Made by a program: the position numbers and the translations under genes. From assembly GCA_026129165.1 (NCBI GenBank), contig JAHCIP010000003.1:1-58737 (forward strand): a DNA stretch of 58,737 nt, written 5' to 3'. Shown here one piece after another: positions 17,456 through 26,967 of the stretch. Positions within the stretch are counted from its first letter, which is position 1. Each line of letters opens with the position of its first letter. Below the pieces are notes generated by a model. That model was not told where the DNA came from. It ran no database searches and saw nothing but the letters and a program-made list of their open reading frames with translations. Source of the stretch: Anaerolineae bacterium (GTDB lineage: Bacteria > Chloroflexota > Anaerolineae > Epilineales > JAHCIE01).

Positions 17456-18169
17456 TTATCTCCAACGCTTCGACTCGACAATGCGGGTCGCCATAAACAG
17501 GAACAGGACAACCATAATCAGATAGTAGACGATGTGCTGGGTATCAATGACGCCGCGCACGAAGTCGTCAAAGTGGGCGCCCATGGTGAGGTACTCGACC
17601 ACATTGGCGATGACGCCCGTCTGCGTGCCCGTGATGCCGGCGTTGAGCAGGTAGAGGATGAGCAAGATGGCGAAGCTGACAAACGCCGTCACAATCTGGT
17701 TCTGGCTCAGTGACGAGGCGAAGACGCCAATCGCCAGCGCCGCCGCGCCATAGAGGATGATACCCAGGTAGCCACCGGCGACCGGCCCCCAGTCGGGGCT
17801 GCCAAGCCGGCTCAGTAGGAGGGGATAGAACAGGGTCAGGGCGAACATAAACAGCATGAAGCCGAGGGCGCCCAGGTACTTGCCGACGACGACTTCCCAG
17901 TCGCGCACGGGCGAGGTCAGCAGCAGTTCAATCGTGCCCATGCGCTGCTCCTCGGCCAGCAGGCGCATGGTCAGGAAAGGCGACACCAGCAGCAACACGA
18001 TAATCATGTTGCCAAACCAGTAGCGCAGGCTAGCCTCCCCGGTAATCTGGATCAGGCGGGAAAAGAAAAAGCCCGACACGAGCAGGAAGACCGCCGTGAT
18101 GACATAGGCCAGGGGCGAGGCGAAATAAGTCCCCAGTTCTTTCTGGGCAATGATGAGCGAGTTACGCAT
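17456..18169 (-). CDS. ABC-2 type transporter permease
   Basis: 237 aa with about 6 hydrophobic helices. It overlaps the ATPase gene end. Confidence 0.8.
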   Translation of the reverse strand: MRNSLIIAQKELGTYFASPLAYVITAVFLLVSGFFFSRLIQITGEASLRYWFGNMIIVLLLVSPFLTMRLLAEEQRMGTIELLLTSPVRDWEVVVGKYLGALGFMLFMFALTLFYPLLLSRLGSPDWGPVAGGYLGIILYGAAALAIGVFASSLSQNQIVTAFVSFAILLILYLLNAGITGTQTGVIANVVEYLTMGAHFDDFVRGVIDTQHIVYYLIMVVLFLFMATRIVESKRWR

Positions 18170-19133
18170 GGGCTTGTTCCTCCTCCTCCGCCGCCTCCAC
18201 CACCTCGACCGGCTCCTCGTCGGTGGTCAGTTCCAGGAAGATGTCTTCCAGGCTCATGCCCAGCGGCGTCAGTTCCAGCAGGCCCGAGCCCGCGTGGACC
18301 ACAGCCTCGGCAATCTGAGGGCGTGGGTCAATATCTTCGTCCAACTCCAGGGTAAAGACGCCGTCCGCGTCCTCCTGGACGCCCAGCACGCCACTGAGGT
18401 CGGACAGACGCGAGGCCAGCCCATCGGGCCGGGCGACGTGCAGGACGACGCGAGCATTGCCCTGCAGGCGCGTTTCGAGCGCCTGGATGGTGTCCATGGC
18501 GACGATTTCGCCCTTATTGATGACGATGACGCGGTTACAGATTTCGCGGACTTCGGGTAGGATGTGGGTCGAGAGGATGACAGTGTGGACGCGGCCAATC
18601 TCGCGGATGAGTTCACGGACTTCGATGATTTGGCGCGGGTCGAGGCCGACGGTCGGCTCGTCCAGGATGAGCACATCGGGGTCGGACGATGGCCTGGGCC
18701 AGCCCGACGCGCTGGCGGTAGCCGCGCGACAGCTTGCCGATGAGCTGGTCGGCGCGGTCATCAATACGGATCCTCTCCATGACATCCCAGATCCGGTCAC
18801 GGCGGCCTTTACCGACGCCGCGCAGCTTGGCAACAAAATCCAGGTACGCCTCGACGGTCATTTCAGGATATAGGGGGACGGTTCCGGGAGGTAGCCGACG
18901 CGCTTGCGGCATTCGAGCGAGTCCTTGAAGACATCGAAGCCAGCGATACGGGCCGTGCCGTCGCTGGGCGGCATATAGCCCGTCAGGATGCGCATCGTCG
19001 TCGTCTTGCCCGCGCCGTTGGGACCCAGGAAGCCGAGGATTTCGCCCTGGTCTACCTCGAAGGTTACGTCGTTGATGGCGGGGCGGCCGCCATAATATTT
19101 GGTCAGATGATCCACTTCAATCATGTGGGGCAT
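18162..19133 (-). CDS. ABC transporter ATP-binding protein, split over three frames by two apparent 1-nt indels (~18.88 kb and ~18.69 kb)
   Basis: Walker A GPNGAGKTT lies in ORF 18858-19148. The signature LSRGYRQRVGLAQAIV lies in ORF 18613-18912. Walker B VLILDEPTVGLD lies in ORF 18162-18836. The first break looks like a missing A (GAA-CC read as GAAACC would restore the frame). Confidence 0.8.
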
Positions 19134-19252
19134 ACAGGCTCCTGACAAGACAGCATACGACGGGCCTGGCCAACAAGCCAGACCCGTACGGGATTATATT
19201 ACAGATAGGGGCTGAGAAATGCCTGAAAAACACATGAGAGGTAAATGAGAGG

Positions 19253-21259
19253 CTACGGTCCCTTGAGCATGTCCGAGGTAATCTCGACCCGGCCCAGCGG
19301 CACGGCAATGCCGAGCGGCCGACCGTCCGCGCCAATAGCGGGCAGGTTCGTCTGCTCTTTGAGGTCCCAGACCAGGACTTGCGCCTCGTATGTCCCCGGC
19401 GTCAGCGTCGGCGGTAACTCCACCTTGGTCAGGCCGCGTAGTGTGACGCCGACGGGGAAGCCCGCCGTTGCCAGATAGGGGGTACTGGGCGACTGGTCGT
19501 GAGTTAGACTCACCTGGCCCTGACTGTCGCGGAGTTGCAGCGCGACAATGTAATCGCGGTCTAACTCCTGCAGCGCCTGCCAGTAAAGTATCCAACGGAG
19601 CGCGCCGCCCTGATTCTCCAGCCGGTCCACGCCGACAAGTTGGAGGCGGTCGCCAAAGACGGCCCTAACGGCTTGCTGGGGCGTGGGGATGGCGGTGACG
19701 GGGGAGGTGTCCTTGAGCCGATAGCTCATCAGGGTATAGCCGGAGAAGTTGGTCCGCACGGTCGGCTCCGTCATGCTGCGGCGCTCCATCTCGGCGATGA
19801 CCATACCGCTGGGGTCGGCGAACTCATGGTGCCACAGGACGAGCCAGACCCGGTCCGGCTGGGTGGCGAGGACGCCGTTGAGCCTATCCGCGCCGTAGTC
19901 GAAGGCATAACCGACGCGCAAGCCGTAGTACGGGGCCGCGCCTCGGTAGTAGTACTTAAAGGCATAGGGCGCGTCGTCCATGAGCAGGATCGCGTGCTCG
20001 GCGGTGGCACGTTCGGTCAGGTAGCCAGCCAGGCGCCGCGCGTCCTCCTGCGGCTCCCAGGCCGTGTGCGCCGCGCTCCAGGCTTGGGGGGCCGACCAAG
20101 CCAGCGCCCCCAGCGCCAGGACGGCGAAGAGCCAGCGTCCCCAGCCGCGCCATAGGAGGGTAAACAGGGCGAGGGTCAGGGCGATGATGAGGGCAGGCGC
20201 GGCGACAATGGCGTAGCGTTCGGCAAACTTGGGCATCACCGTCACCGCCGCCGCCGTCAGGAGAATGGGCAGGACGGCGGCCAGCACGGGCAGCGCCTCG
20301 CGCCGCGCCAGGTCCCGCTGCCGCAGCCAGCGCCGGCCTAACGCCACGACCCAGACCGCGACCGCCAGGGCCACGGTCAGGCCGGCCAGGCGCGCTGAGC
20401 CAATGCCCAGGAAGCTCTTGAGGATGCGCCCCGTGACCGCCCCCAGACTTAATTCGGCGGGGAAGAAGTCAGGGTTGTTGACGAGACGGCGGATCTGGGC
20501 GATGGCCGGGCCGACCCACGGCGCGTAGAGCAGGCCGGCCAGCCCGGCCGACAGCAGCCAGGCGCGCCAGGCGCGCCAGCCGCACAACGCGGCGTACAGG
20601 AACAGGGCGGGCAGCAGGAACAGGGCGAGATACTGGGTGTAGAGCATGCCGGCCAGGGCCAGGCTGTGGGCAACCCACGGCGCGGCGCGGCGGGCCACAG
20701 AGGCGGGCGGGGCAGCGGCGTCCGACGTCCGCGTCGCTCGCAGCAGAGTCAGGACGCTCAGCAACGCCAGGCACGCGACCAGGCCGTACATACGGGCTTC
20801 CTGGGAGTAGTAGATCAGGAATGGAGAGAGGGCGACCAGGGCCGCAGCGGGGACGCCAACTACTAGCGCGGCGCGGCTGGCCCTCGACCGCCCGTGGTAG
20901 ACCTCGCGGGCGGTGGCATAGGTCAGTGGGACGAGCAGGACACCAGGGATGAGGCTGACAAATCGGACGGCGAACTCGCGCTGCCCGGCTACTTCCATCC
21001 AGAAGTGAAGCAAGAGGTAGTACAGCGGCGGGTGGAGGTCCTCGCGCACAAGGGTATCTAGCAGCGCGGGGAGCGAGCGCCCCGCGAACTCGATGCTCAA
21101 CCCCTCGTCAAACCAGAGGCTGGCATCGCCGAGCGACCAAATCCGCGCGACAAACCCAATAAAGGCAACGGCCAGCGCCAGCCAGTAGGCAGGGGCGCGT
21201 AATGCGTATTTCGTATTTCGTATTTCGTATTTCGTCGTCAGGCTGTCCTGTATTCCCAA
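19253..21259 (-). CDS. glycosyltransferase family 39 (ArnT/PMT-like) membrane protein
   Basis: 668 aa and multi-spanning. The N-terminal part has the typical SLWFDEGLS...HPPLYYLLLHFW. The first ~15 codons run through the heptamer repeat. Confidence 0.8.
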   Translation of the reverse strand: MGIQDSLTTKYEIRNTKYALRAPAYWLALAVAFIGFVARIWSLGDASLWFDEGLSIEFAGRSLPALLDTLVREDLHPPLYYLLLHFWMEVAGQREFAVRFVSLIPGVLLVPLTYATAREVYHGRSRASRAALVVGVPAAALVALSPFLIYYSQEARMYGLVACLALLSVLTLLRATRTSDAAAPPASVARRAAPWVAHSLALAGMLYTQYLALFLLPALFLYAALCGWRAWRAWLLSAGLAGLLYAPWVGPAIAQIRRLVNNPDFFPAELSLGAVTGRILKSFLGIGSARLAGLTVALAVAVWVVALGRRWLRQRDLARREALPVLAAVLPILLTAAAVTVMPKFAERYAIVAAPALIIALTLALFTLLWRGWGRWLFAVLALGALAWSAPQAWSAAHTAWEPQEDARRLAGYLTERATAEHAILLMDDAPYAFKYYYRGAAPYYGLRVGYAFDYGADRLNGVLATQPDRVWLVLWHHEFADPSGMVIAEMERRSMTEPTVRTNFSGYTLMSYRLKDTSPVTAIPTPQQAVRAVFGDRLQLVGVDRLENQGGALRWILYWQALQELDRDYIVALQLRDSQGQVSLTHDQSPSTPYLATAGFPVGVTLRGLTKVELPPTLTPGTYEAQVLVWDLKEQTNLPAIGADGRPLGIAVPLGRVEITSDMLKGP
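21203..21240. repeat. tandem heptamer (tatttcg) x4-5
   Basis: The tract reads gcgtatt tcgtatt tcgtatt tcgtatt tcgtcgt. It belongs to the same gaaatacgcattacgc family as 27982-28047 and 40243-40312. Confidence 0.65.
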
Positions 21260-21297
21260 TCGTTAATCCTCAATCTCGTTCTAGAGTACCTCAATCT

Positions 21298-22561
21298 TTA
21301 ATCTTTAGTCATCAGTCCTTTGTACCACTCCACGTGCTGCTGCGCGATCCTCTCCCAGCGGAACGCCTGCGCCAGCCCTTGCGCCGCCGCGCCCAGGCGG
21401 ACCCGCCGCGCTGGGTCGGCCCAGAGCCTCGCCACGGCGTCAGCCAGGGCGGCCGGGTCGTCGGGGGGGGCCAGGACGGCGTTGACATCGTCCACCAGGC
21501 GGGGAAGCGGGCTGGGAGGGGGTGGAACGGGCGGGCGGGTCGTGACGATGGGCAGGCCGTGGGCCAGCGCGGCCATGAGCGTGCCGCGTTGGAGAGACAC
21601 ACCCTCGCGGTAGGGCAGTACCGCCATGTCCGCGCTGATGAGCGCCGCCGAAACCTCGGCTTCGGGCAGGAAGTCGGTCCAGACCAGGGCCGAGGCGACG
21701 CCAAGCGCCTGGGCCTGGGCCTGGACCTCGGCCAGGAAGAGGGCATTAGACGGGTCACTCGCCCCGACCTGCCCACCGAGCATGAGGACCTGGTGCCTAT
21801 AGCCCGCTGCCCGCAAATAGCCAGCGCCGCGACCAGGGTATCAGCCCCCTTGGCGCGGTTCACGAAGCCAAAGTATACCAGGAGGGGCGTATCCGGGCCA
21901 ATACCCCAGCGCGCCCGAAAGGCTAGGCGGTCCGATACGTCGGCGGTCGGGGCGATGTTCGAGCCGATGGGGATGTAGGCCAGGGCGCGCGCGACCGGCC
22001 GCAGCCGGGCCCCATCCTCCGCGTTGGTGGTGACCACCAGGTCCGCGCCTCGCCCGGGCAGCGTCGTCACCCACGGGCGAAGGGGACCAGCCTTCGGAAA
22101 GAGGTAGGGGGTGCGCGTGTCGTGGTAGGTAAAGGCGAGGAGGGGGCGACCGCGACGATCTTCCTTGCTATCCTTCCCACGTCTTCCTACAGAGGTAGGA
22201 AGAGGGGAAGGATAGCAAGATTCTCCATTCGGAGTAGCCACGGCAGTGTATTGATAAACGGATGCATGTCATAGGCCGCCGTCTGGTACTGGATGTGACC
22301 ACATCCGCGCCCCCTTACGGCCTGCCGCACCGCCAGCCACGCCCGCCAGTCCCACCCAGCCACCACCCGCAGGACGCGTGGTTCACCCTGGGCGCGTTCG
22401 TCAGTCGGGGCCAGGGAAGCTTCCACCCGCCGCGTCACCACGCGCACATCGTGGCCAGCCTGGACGAGGGCGCGGCCTAGCTCGCGGGTGTAGTCGCCCA
22501 GGCCGCCCTGGAGCGGCGGGTACTCGCCAGCGATGAAGGCGATACGGAGGGGGGCGGTCAT
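21298..22561 (-). CDS. glycosyltransferase family 4 (GT-B), interrupted at ~22.19 kb and ~21.83 kb
   Basis: The N-terminal part is MTAPLRIAFIAGEYPPLQGGLGDYTRELGRAL (ORF 22187-22789). The middle part is LLAFTYHDTRTPYLFPKAG (ORF 21312-22241). The C-terminal part is PYREGVSLQRGTLMAALAHGLPIVTT (ORF 21298-21816). The second break fits a missing T in attt. Confidence 0.75.
22164..22219. repeat. 56-nt imperfect palindrome sitting inside the GT4 coding region
   Basis: The structure is cttgctatccttcccacgtcttcctac - agag - gtaggaagaggggaaggatagcaag. Its core belongs to the GGAAGACGTGGGAAGG family. The GT4 reading frame changes exactly here. Confidence 0.6.
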
Positions 22562-23537
22562 ACCGCAACCCCGACCGCAGCACCTGCCAGTAGGCGCGTA
22601 CCCTCGCGGCGCGCAAGGGGCGTTTGTGGCCGAGCAGCCACCGGGCGCCCTCGTCGGCGGTATGATAGACGTAGGTGGCAAGCAGGAACAGGCGGATGCC
22701 CTCGCCGACCAGCGGGCCGTGCCACTTGCGGAAGTAGCGCACCTTGCTCGTCTGGAAGTAGATGTGGCGCTGGGCGACGACCTGTCCACTGCTGCGGCCC
22801 TCGTAGTGCAGAACCTCCGCCGTCGGCAGGTAGACTACCTGCCAACCAAGGGCCTTGAACCGCCGCGCCCAGTCCACCTCCTCGGAGTACATAAAATAGC
22901 CTTCATCCAGCAGGCCCACCTGGACCAGCGCCTCGCGCCGCGTCAGCATACACGCGCCCACCAGCCAGTCCACCGCCTGCGGCTGGTCCTCTGGTTGGTC
23001 GGCCATATAGAACCGCTGGAGTGGCGGGGCAGTAGGCCACCACTGTTGCAAGACGGTGCTCTCCAGCAGACCGGTCGCCAGGGTTGGGAAGCGCCGCCGC
23101 GACGATTGGAGGCTGCCGTCGGCGTTGCGGAGCCTGGGGCCGAGCAAGCCAATTTCGGGGTGGGCGTCCATATGGGCTAGCAGGGTCGCCAGGGCCGTCG
23201 GAGGAACTTCGGTGTCGGGGTTGAGCAGAAGGATGTAATGGGGAAGACCTAACCCCCCATCCCCCTTCCCTGGACCCTGGATAGGGTCTGTAAAGCCCAA
23301 CATCCGCAGGGCCAGGTTGTTGCCCCGCGTGAACCCCACATTGGTAGGCGAGGCGATGACCTGGACCCAGGGGAATTCGGCCTGGAGCATCGCCACGCTG
23401 CCGTCAGCCGAGCCATTATCCACGACCACGACGGTGGTATCCACGCCGGCCGTCTCAATGGCGGCCTGGAGCGAGGCCAGACAGCGGCGCAGCAGGTCGC
23501 GGACGTTCCAATTGACAATAACGATGGCGAGGCGCAT
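22401..23537 (-). CDS. glycosyltransferase family 2
   Basis: The N-terminus reads LAIVIVNWNVRDLLRRCL...VVVVDNGSADGS. The last ~50 codons overlap the GT4 start and look out of frame, so the true stop is probably near 22558 (an ATGA overlap). Confidence 0.8.
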   Translation of the reverse strand: MRLAIVIVNWNVRDLLRRCLASLQAAIETAGVDTTVVVVDNGSADGSVAMLQAEFPWVQVIASPTNVGFTRGNNLALRMLGFTDPIQGPGKGDGGLGLPHYILLLNPDTEVPPTALATLLAHMDAHPEIGLLGPRLRNADGSLQSSRRRFPTLATGLLESTVLQQWWPTAPPLQRFYMADQPEDQPQAVDWLVGACMLTRREALVQVGLLDEGYFMYSEEVDWARRFKALGWQVVYLPTAEVLHYEGRSSGQVVAQRHIYFQTSKVRYFRKWHGPLVGEGIRLFLLATYVYHTADEGARWLLGHKRPLRAARVRAYWQVLRSGLRYDRPPPYRLHRWRVPAAPGRPGRLHPRARPRPRPGWPRCARGDAAGGSFPGPD

Positions 23538-23591
23538 ACGCTTGACCGAGGACGGAAGACGGAAGACCGATAATGATGCTATCGCATTAAT

Positions 23592-23668
23592 GACTACCGA
23601 TGACTGACTACTGACTACCGGCTACTTCGGCTACTGACGACTGGCTACTGGCTACTGATTACTGACTA
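23592..23668. repeat. heptamer-periodic low-complexity tract (tgNNtac units)
   Basis: The tract reads tgactac cgatgac tgactac tgactac cggctac ... tggctac tggctac tgattac tgactac. It is the reverse-complement type of 655-712. Confidence 0.55.
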
Positions 23669-23670
23669 CT

Positions 23671-24691
23671 CTACTCTCGTCTCCCGACCGAGTACACGGC
23701 CAGGTCGTCCAGGGCGGCGCGAGCGGGGACATCGGGCAGGCCGGCCAGGGCGGCGCGGGCGCGGGCCACCATCTGGCGGGCCTCGTCGCGCCTGCTCGCT
23801 GACGGGCGACTGCCGCACCGCCGCCACGACTTCGTCCACCGCCGCATCGCGAGCGCTGCCCCCCTCGCGCGTGGCGTCCCACAGCCGACGCAGAACGGGC
23901 GAGTCCGGCTCGGCCTGGGCGTAGAGCATGACGGGCAGGGTGACAATCCCCTCGCGCAGATCGCCGCCGACCGGGGCTTGCCCAGTTGCGCTTCGGTCGC
24001 CGTAAAGTCCAGGATGTCGTCTACCACCTGAAACGCCATGCCCAGCTGGAGGCCGTAGTCACGCAGTTGGGCGACGGCCCACTCCGGTGCGCGGCCTAGT
24101 TCCGCCGCGCCCTCAGCCGCCACGGCGAACAGGGCGGCCGTCTTGCCGTAGATGCGGTCCAGGTAATCCTGGCGCGACGGCAGGCCGACGGGCCGGTGGT
24201 AGAGTTGGCGCAACTCGCCGGTGACGATGACGCCCAGCGTATCCGCGAACAGGCTGATGACACGGGGGTGCTCGGTGGCGGCGGCATAGCGGGCGGCGCG
24301 GCCAAACATATAGTCGCCTGCCCGAATGGTGGCCGAGGGCGACCAGACCGTGTTGAGGGTGGGGAAGCCGCGCCGCAGGGCCGCCTCGTCAATCACGTCG
24401 TCGTGGACAAGAGTAGCCGTGTGCAGCATCTCGACCGCCGCCGCCAGGGCCAATGAGCGTTCGGGCGGGCGCGGGGTAGATCTGGTTGACCAGAAGGCGA
24501 CGGCGGGCCGCAGCCGCTGCCCCGGCGCGCACGAATTGGAAGACGACCTCGGCCAGCGGCGGGTAGGGCACGTCGGACACGTCGCGCAGCCGCGCTTCGA
24601 GGCGGTCCAGGTCGGGCCGCACCAGGGCAAAGCGGTCTGAGGGCGCCGGCGTGGGGGCAACGGGCGCGGAAGAGGGGTGGGCGTTACTCAT
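23671..24691 (-). CDS. polyprenyl diphosphate synthase (IspB/HepT-like) with several apparent frameshifts
   Basis: Contains the first DDxxD motif in LHTATLVHDDVIDEA and the second in MAFQVVDDILDF. The N-terminus, the GKP-VGGDLREG region and the C-terminus lie in alternating frames (ORFs 24389-24691, 23671-24660, 23666-23929). Confidence 0.8.
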
Positions 24692-25535
24692 GGGCCATCG
24701 GCTCTCGGTCGAGGGTCTGTGCTACATGCAAGCCGAACAATCGCTCGGCGGCCTCTGTCGTGGTCAGCGCGACTTTGTCCAGGCTTAGGCCATGCAACTC
24801 GGCCAGCTTCTCGGCCACCAGGCGGACATAGGCTGGCTCGTTACGCTGGCCGCGATGCGGGTGCGGCGGCAGGTAGGGCGCGTCCGTCTCAATCACGACG
24901 CGGTCCAGCGGCCAGGTCTGGGCCAGCGCCTGGAGCGCCTTGCCGTTCTTATACGTCAGCGGGCCGTCCACGCCCACGTAGAAGCCAGCCTGAAGCGCGG
25001 CGTCGGCCAGGGCGGCATCGCCGGAAAAGCAGTGTAGCACGCCCAGCGGCCGGCCGGTACCGCGCCACGGGTGACGCGCCGCCCAGGGCTGGAGGATGTC
25101 CCACGTGGCCGTGTGCGCGTCATGGCCCGGCTCCGGTCGGCTGCGGATATGCACCACAATGGGCTGGCCCAGGTCCACCGCCAAGTCGAGCTGGGCCTGG
25201 AACACCTCGGCCTGCACCTCACGCGGCTGACGGTCCCAGTAGAAGTCCAGGCCGATCTCGCCGAGGGCGACGACGCGCGGGTGGCGCAGGTCGTGGCGCA
25301 ACTGATCCAACGCCTGGGCGTCGAATTCGTCGGCCGAGTTGGGGTGGTAGCCGACGACGGCGTACACCTCGGAGTGGCGCTCGGCCAGCTCGACCACCTC
25401 GCGGTTCGTGGCGCGGTCAATGCCGATGACGACCACCCGCTCGACGCCCGCCGCTCGCGCCCGGTCCAGCACGGCCTCGCGGTCGGCATCAAACTGCACC
25501 AGGTTCAAATGGCAATGCGTATCTACTAACAACAC
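24684..25535 (-). CDS. TatD family metal-dependent hydrolase
   Basis: The N-terminus is MLLVDTHCHL, with conserved His/Glu/Asp positions along 283 aa. Confidence 0.85.
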   Translation of the reverse strand: MLLVDTHCHLNLVQFDADREAVLDRARAAGVERVVVIGIDRATNREVVELAERHSEVYAVVGYHPNSADEFDAQALDQLRHDLRHPRVVALGEIGLDFYWDRQPREVQAEVFQAQLDLAVDLGQPIVVHIRSRPEPGHDAHTATWDILQPWAARHPWRGTGRPLGVLHCFSGDAALADAALQAGFYVGVDGPLTYKNGKALQALAQTWPLDRVVIETDAPYLPPHPHRGQRNEPAYVRLVAEKLAELHGLSLDKVALTTTEAAERLFGLHVAQTLDREPMAHE

Positions 25536-25539
25536 TAAC

Positions 25540-26958
25540 TCATTTCAGCCCGGCCAGGGCCAGGCCCGCCTGGAGGATGTCCTGCACCTTGTCCTGGCGT
25601 GTCGTCTCGGTGTAGACGCGGATGAGCGGCTCGGTGCCGGAGAAGCGGATAAGCAGCCAGCCCGCGCCCTCTAGCTCGTACTTGTAGCCGTCGGTGCGGT
25701 TCACCCGTGTGACCTTAAAGCCTGCCACCTCGGCCGGGTCGTGGGCCAGGCGCTCCCGAATCTCGCCACGCCGGCTGTTGTCGAAGATGGTGTCAATGCG
25801 GTCGTAGTAGTGGCCGCCCACCTTCTCATACAGCCAGGCCAGCAACTCGGACGGTTTCTTGCCCGTGCGGACCACGAAGTCCAGCAGGTAAAGACCGGCC
25901 AGGATGCCGTCGCGCTCAGGCAGCCCTCGGAAGGCGAAGCCGCCGCTCTCCTCGCCGCCCATCATGGCGTCGGTTTCGAGCATCTTGGGGCCGACGTACT
26001 TGAAGCCAACGCCTGTCTCATAGACCGGTACATCGTAGAGCTTGCCCAGCGCGTTGAGCATGGAGGTGGTGGACAGCGTCTTGACAATCGCGCCGCGCTG
26101 TCCCCTGATTTCGAGCAGGTAGAGCGCGAGCAGGGCGTAGACCTGCAACTGGTTCAGGAAGGCGCCGTTTTCGTCGCCCGCGCCCACGCGGTCGGCGTCG
26201 CCATCGGTCATGATGACCATATCGGCCCCGATTTCCTTGACCTTCGCCAGCCCGACATTGACGTTGGGTGGAATCGGCTCAGGCCGCGACATCTCAGGAA
26301 AGATGGGGTTGCGGATGTTGTGGATTTCGGTGATGCGCGTCTTGCCGCCGCCAATGAGGCGGGGGAAGTAGCCCGCGCCGACGCCCCACATGGGGTCCAC
26401 CACCAGGTTTAGCCCGGCCTCGCGCAGGCGGTCCAGGTCTACCAGGGGCTTGATCCGCCGCTCGATGTAGTTGGGCGCGGCGTCGAAGAGTTCGACCAGA
26501 CCATGAGCTTGCGCGGCCTTGAGTGGCAGGCTCTTGACGCTCTCTACGGGGCCGATGCCCGCCTCGATAATCTTCAAGTCGTCGGGGGCGATGGCTGCGC
26601 CGGCATGGTCGCGCACCTTGAAGCCGCAGTCCCAGGGCGGGTTGTGGCTGGCCGTGATATTAATCGCGCCGAGCGCCTGACGGTCCACCACGGAGTACGA
26701 GATGATGGGCGTCGGCGTTCCCCGCTCGGTCAGGTACGCCTTGATGCCGTTGCCCGCCATGACCTCGGCCGCCACGGCGGCGAAGTGTTCGGCCTCGAAG
26801 CGGTTATCGTAGCCAATGACCACGCCGGCCGCCGTATCGCCCTTTGACTTGAGATAGTGGGCGAAGGCCTGCGCGACGCGGCGCACATTGTCTACGGTGT
26901 AGTTTTCAGCGATGCGGTCACGCCAGCCATCGGTGCCAAAGACGATTGGACCGGCCAC
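25540..26958 (-). CDS. phosphomannomutase/phosphoglucomutase
   Basis: Has the active-site loop TASHNP, a DGDADR metal loop and a GEESGG sugar loop. Confidence 0.85.
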   Translation of the reverse strand: MAGPIVFGTDGWRDRIAENYTVDNVRRVAQAFAHYLKSKGDTAAGVVIGYDNRFEAEHFAAVAAEVMAGNGIKAYLTERGTPTPIISYSVVDRQALGAINITASHNPPWDCGFKVRDHAGAAIAPDDLKIIEAGIGPVESVKSLPLKAAQAHGLVELFDAAPNYIERRIKPLVDLDRLREAGLNLVVDPMWGVGAGYFPRLIGGGKTRITEIHNIRNPIFPEMSRPEPIPPNVNVGLAKVKEIGADMVIMTDGDADRVGAGDENGAFLNQLQVYALLALYLLEIRGQRGAIVKTLSTTSMLNALGKLYDVPVYETGVGFKYVGPKMLETDAMMGGEESGGFAFRGLPERDGILAGLYLLDFVVRTGKKPSELLAWLYEKVGGHYYDRIDTIFDNSRRGEIRERLAHDPAEVAGFKVTRVNRTDGYKYELEGAGWLLIRFSGTEPLIRVYTETTRQDKVQDILQAGLALAGLK

Positions 26959-26967
26959 ACAGCCTCC

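Noticed and set aside
22401-22560. Long C-terminal extension of the GT2 ORF overlapping the GT4 start by ~160 nt.
   Set aside because: The extension is Arg/Pro-rich nonsense antisense-free read-through. A TATGA junction at 22557-22561 suggests the usual stop/start overlap if one indel is corrected.
18162-24691. Calling the frameshifted ABC ATPase, GT4 and polyprenyl synthase genes pseudogenes.
   Set aside because: The density of single-base shifts, their homopolymer context, and the otherwise perfect conservation of motifs point to sequence error. They are reported as CDSs with caveats instead.
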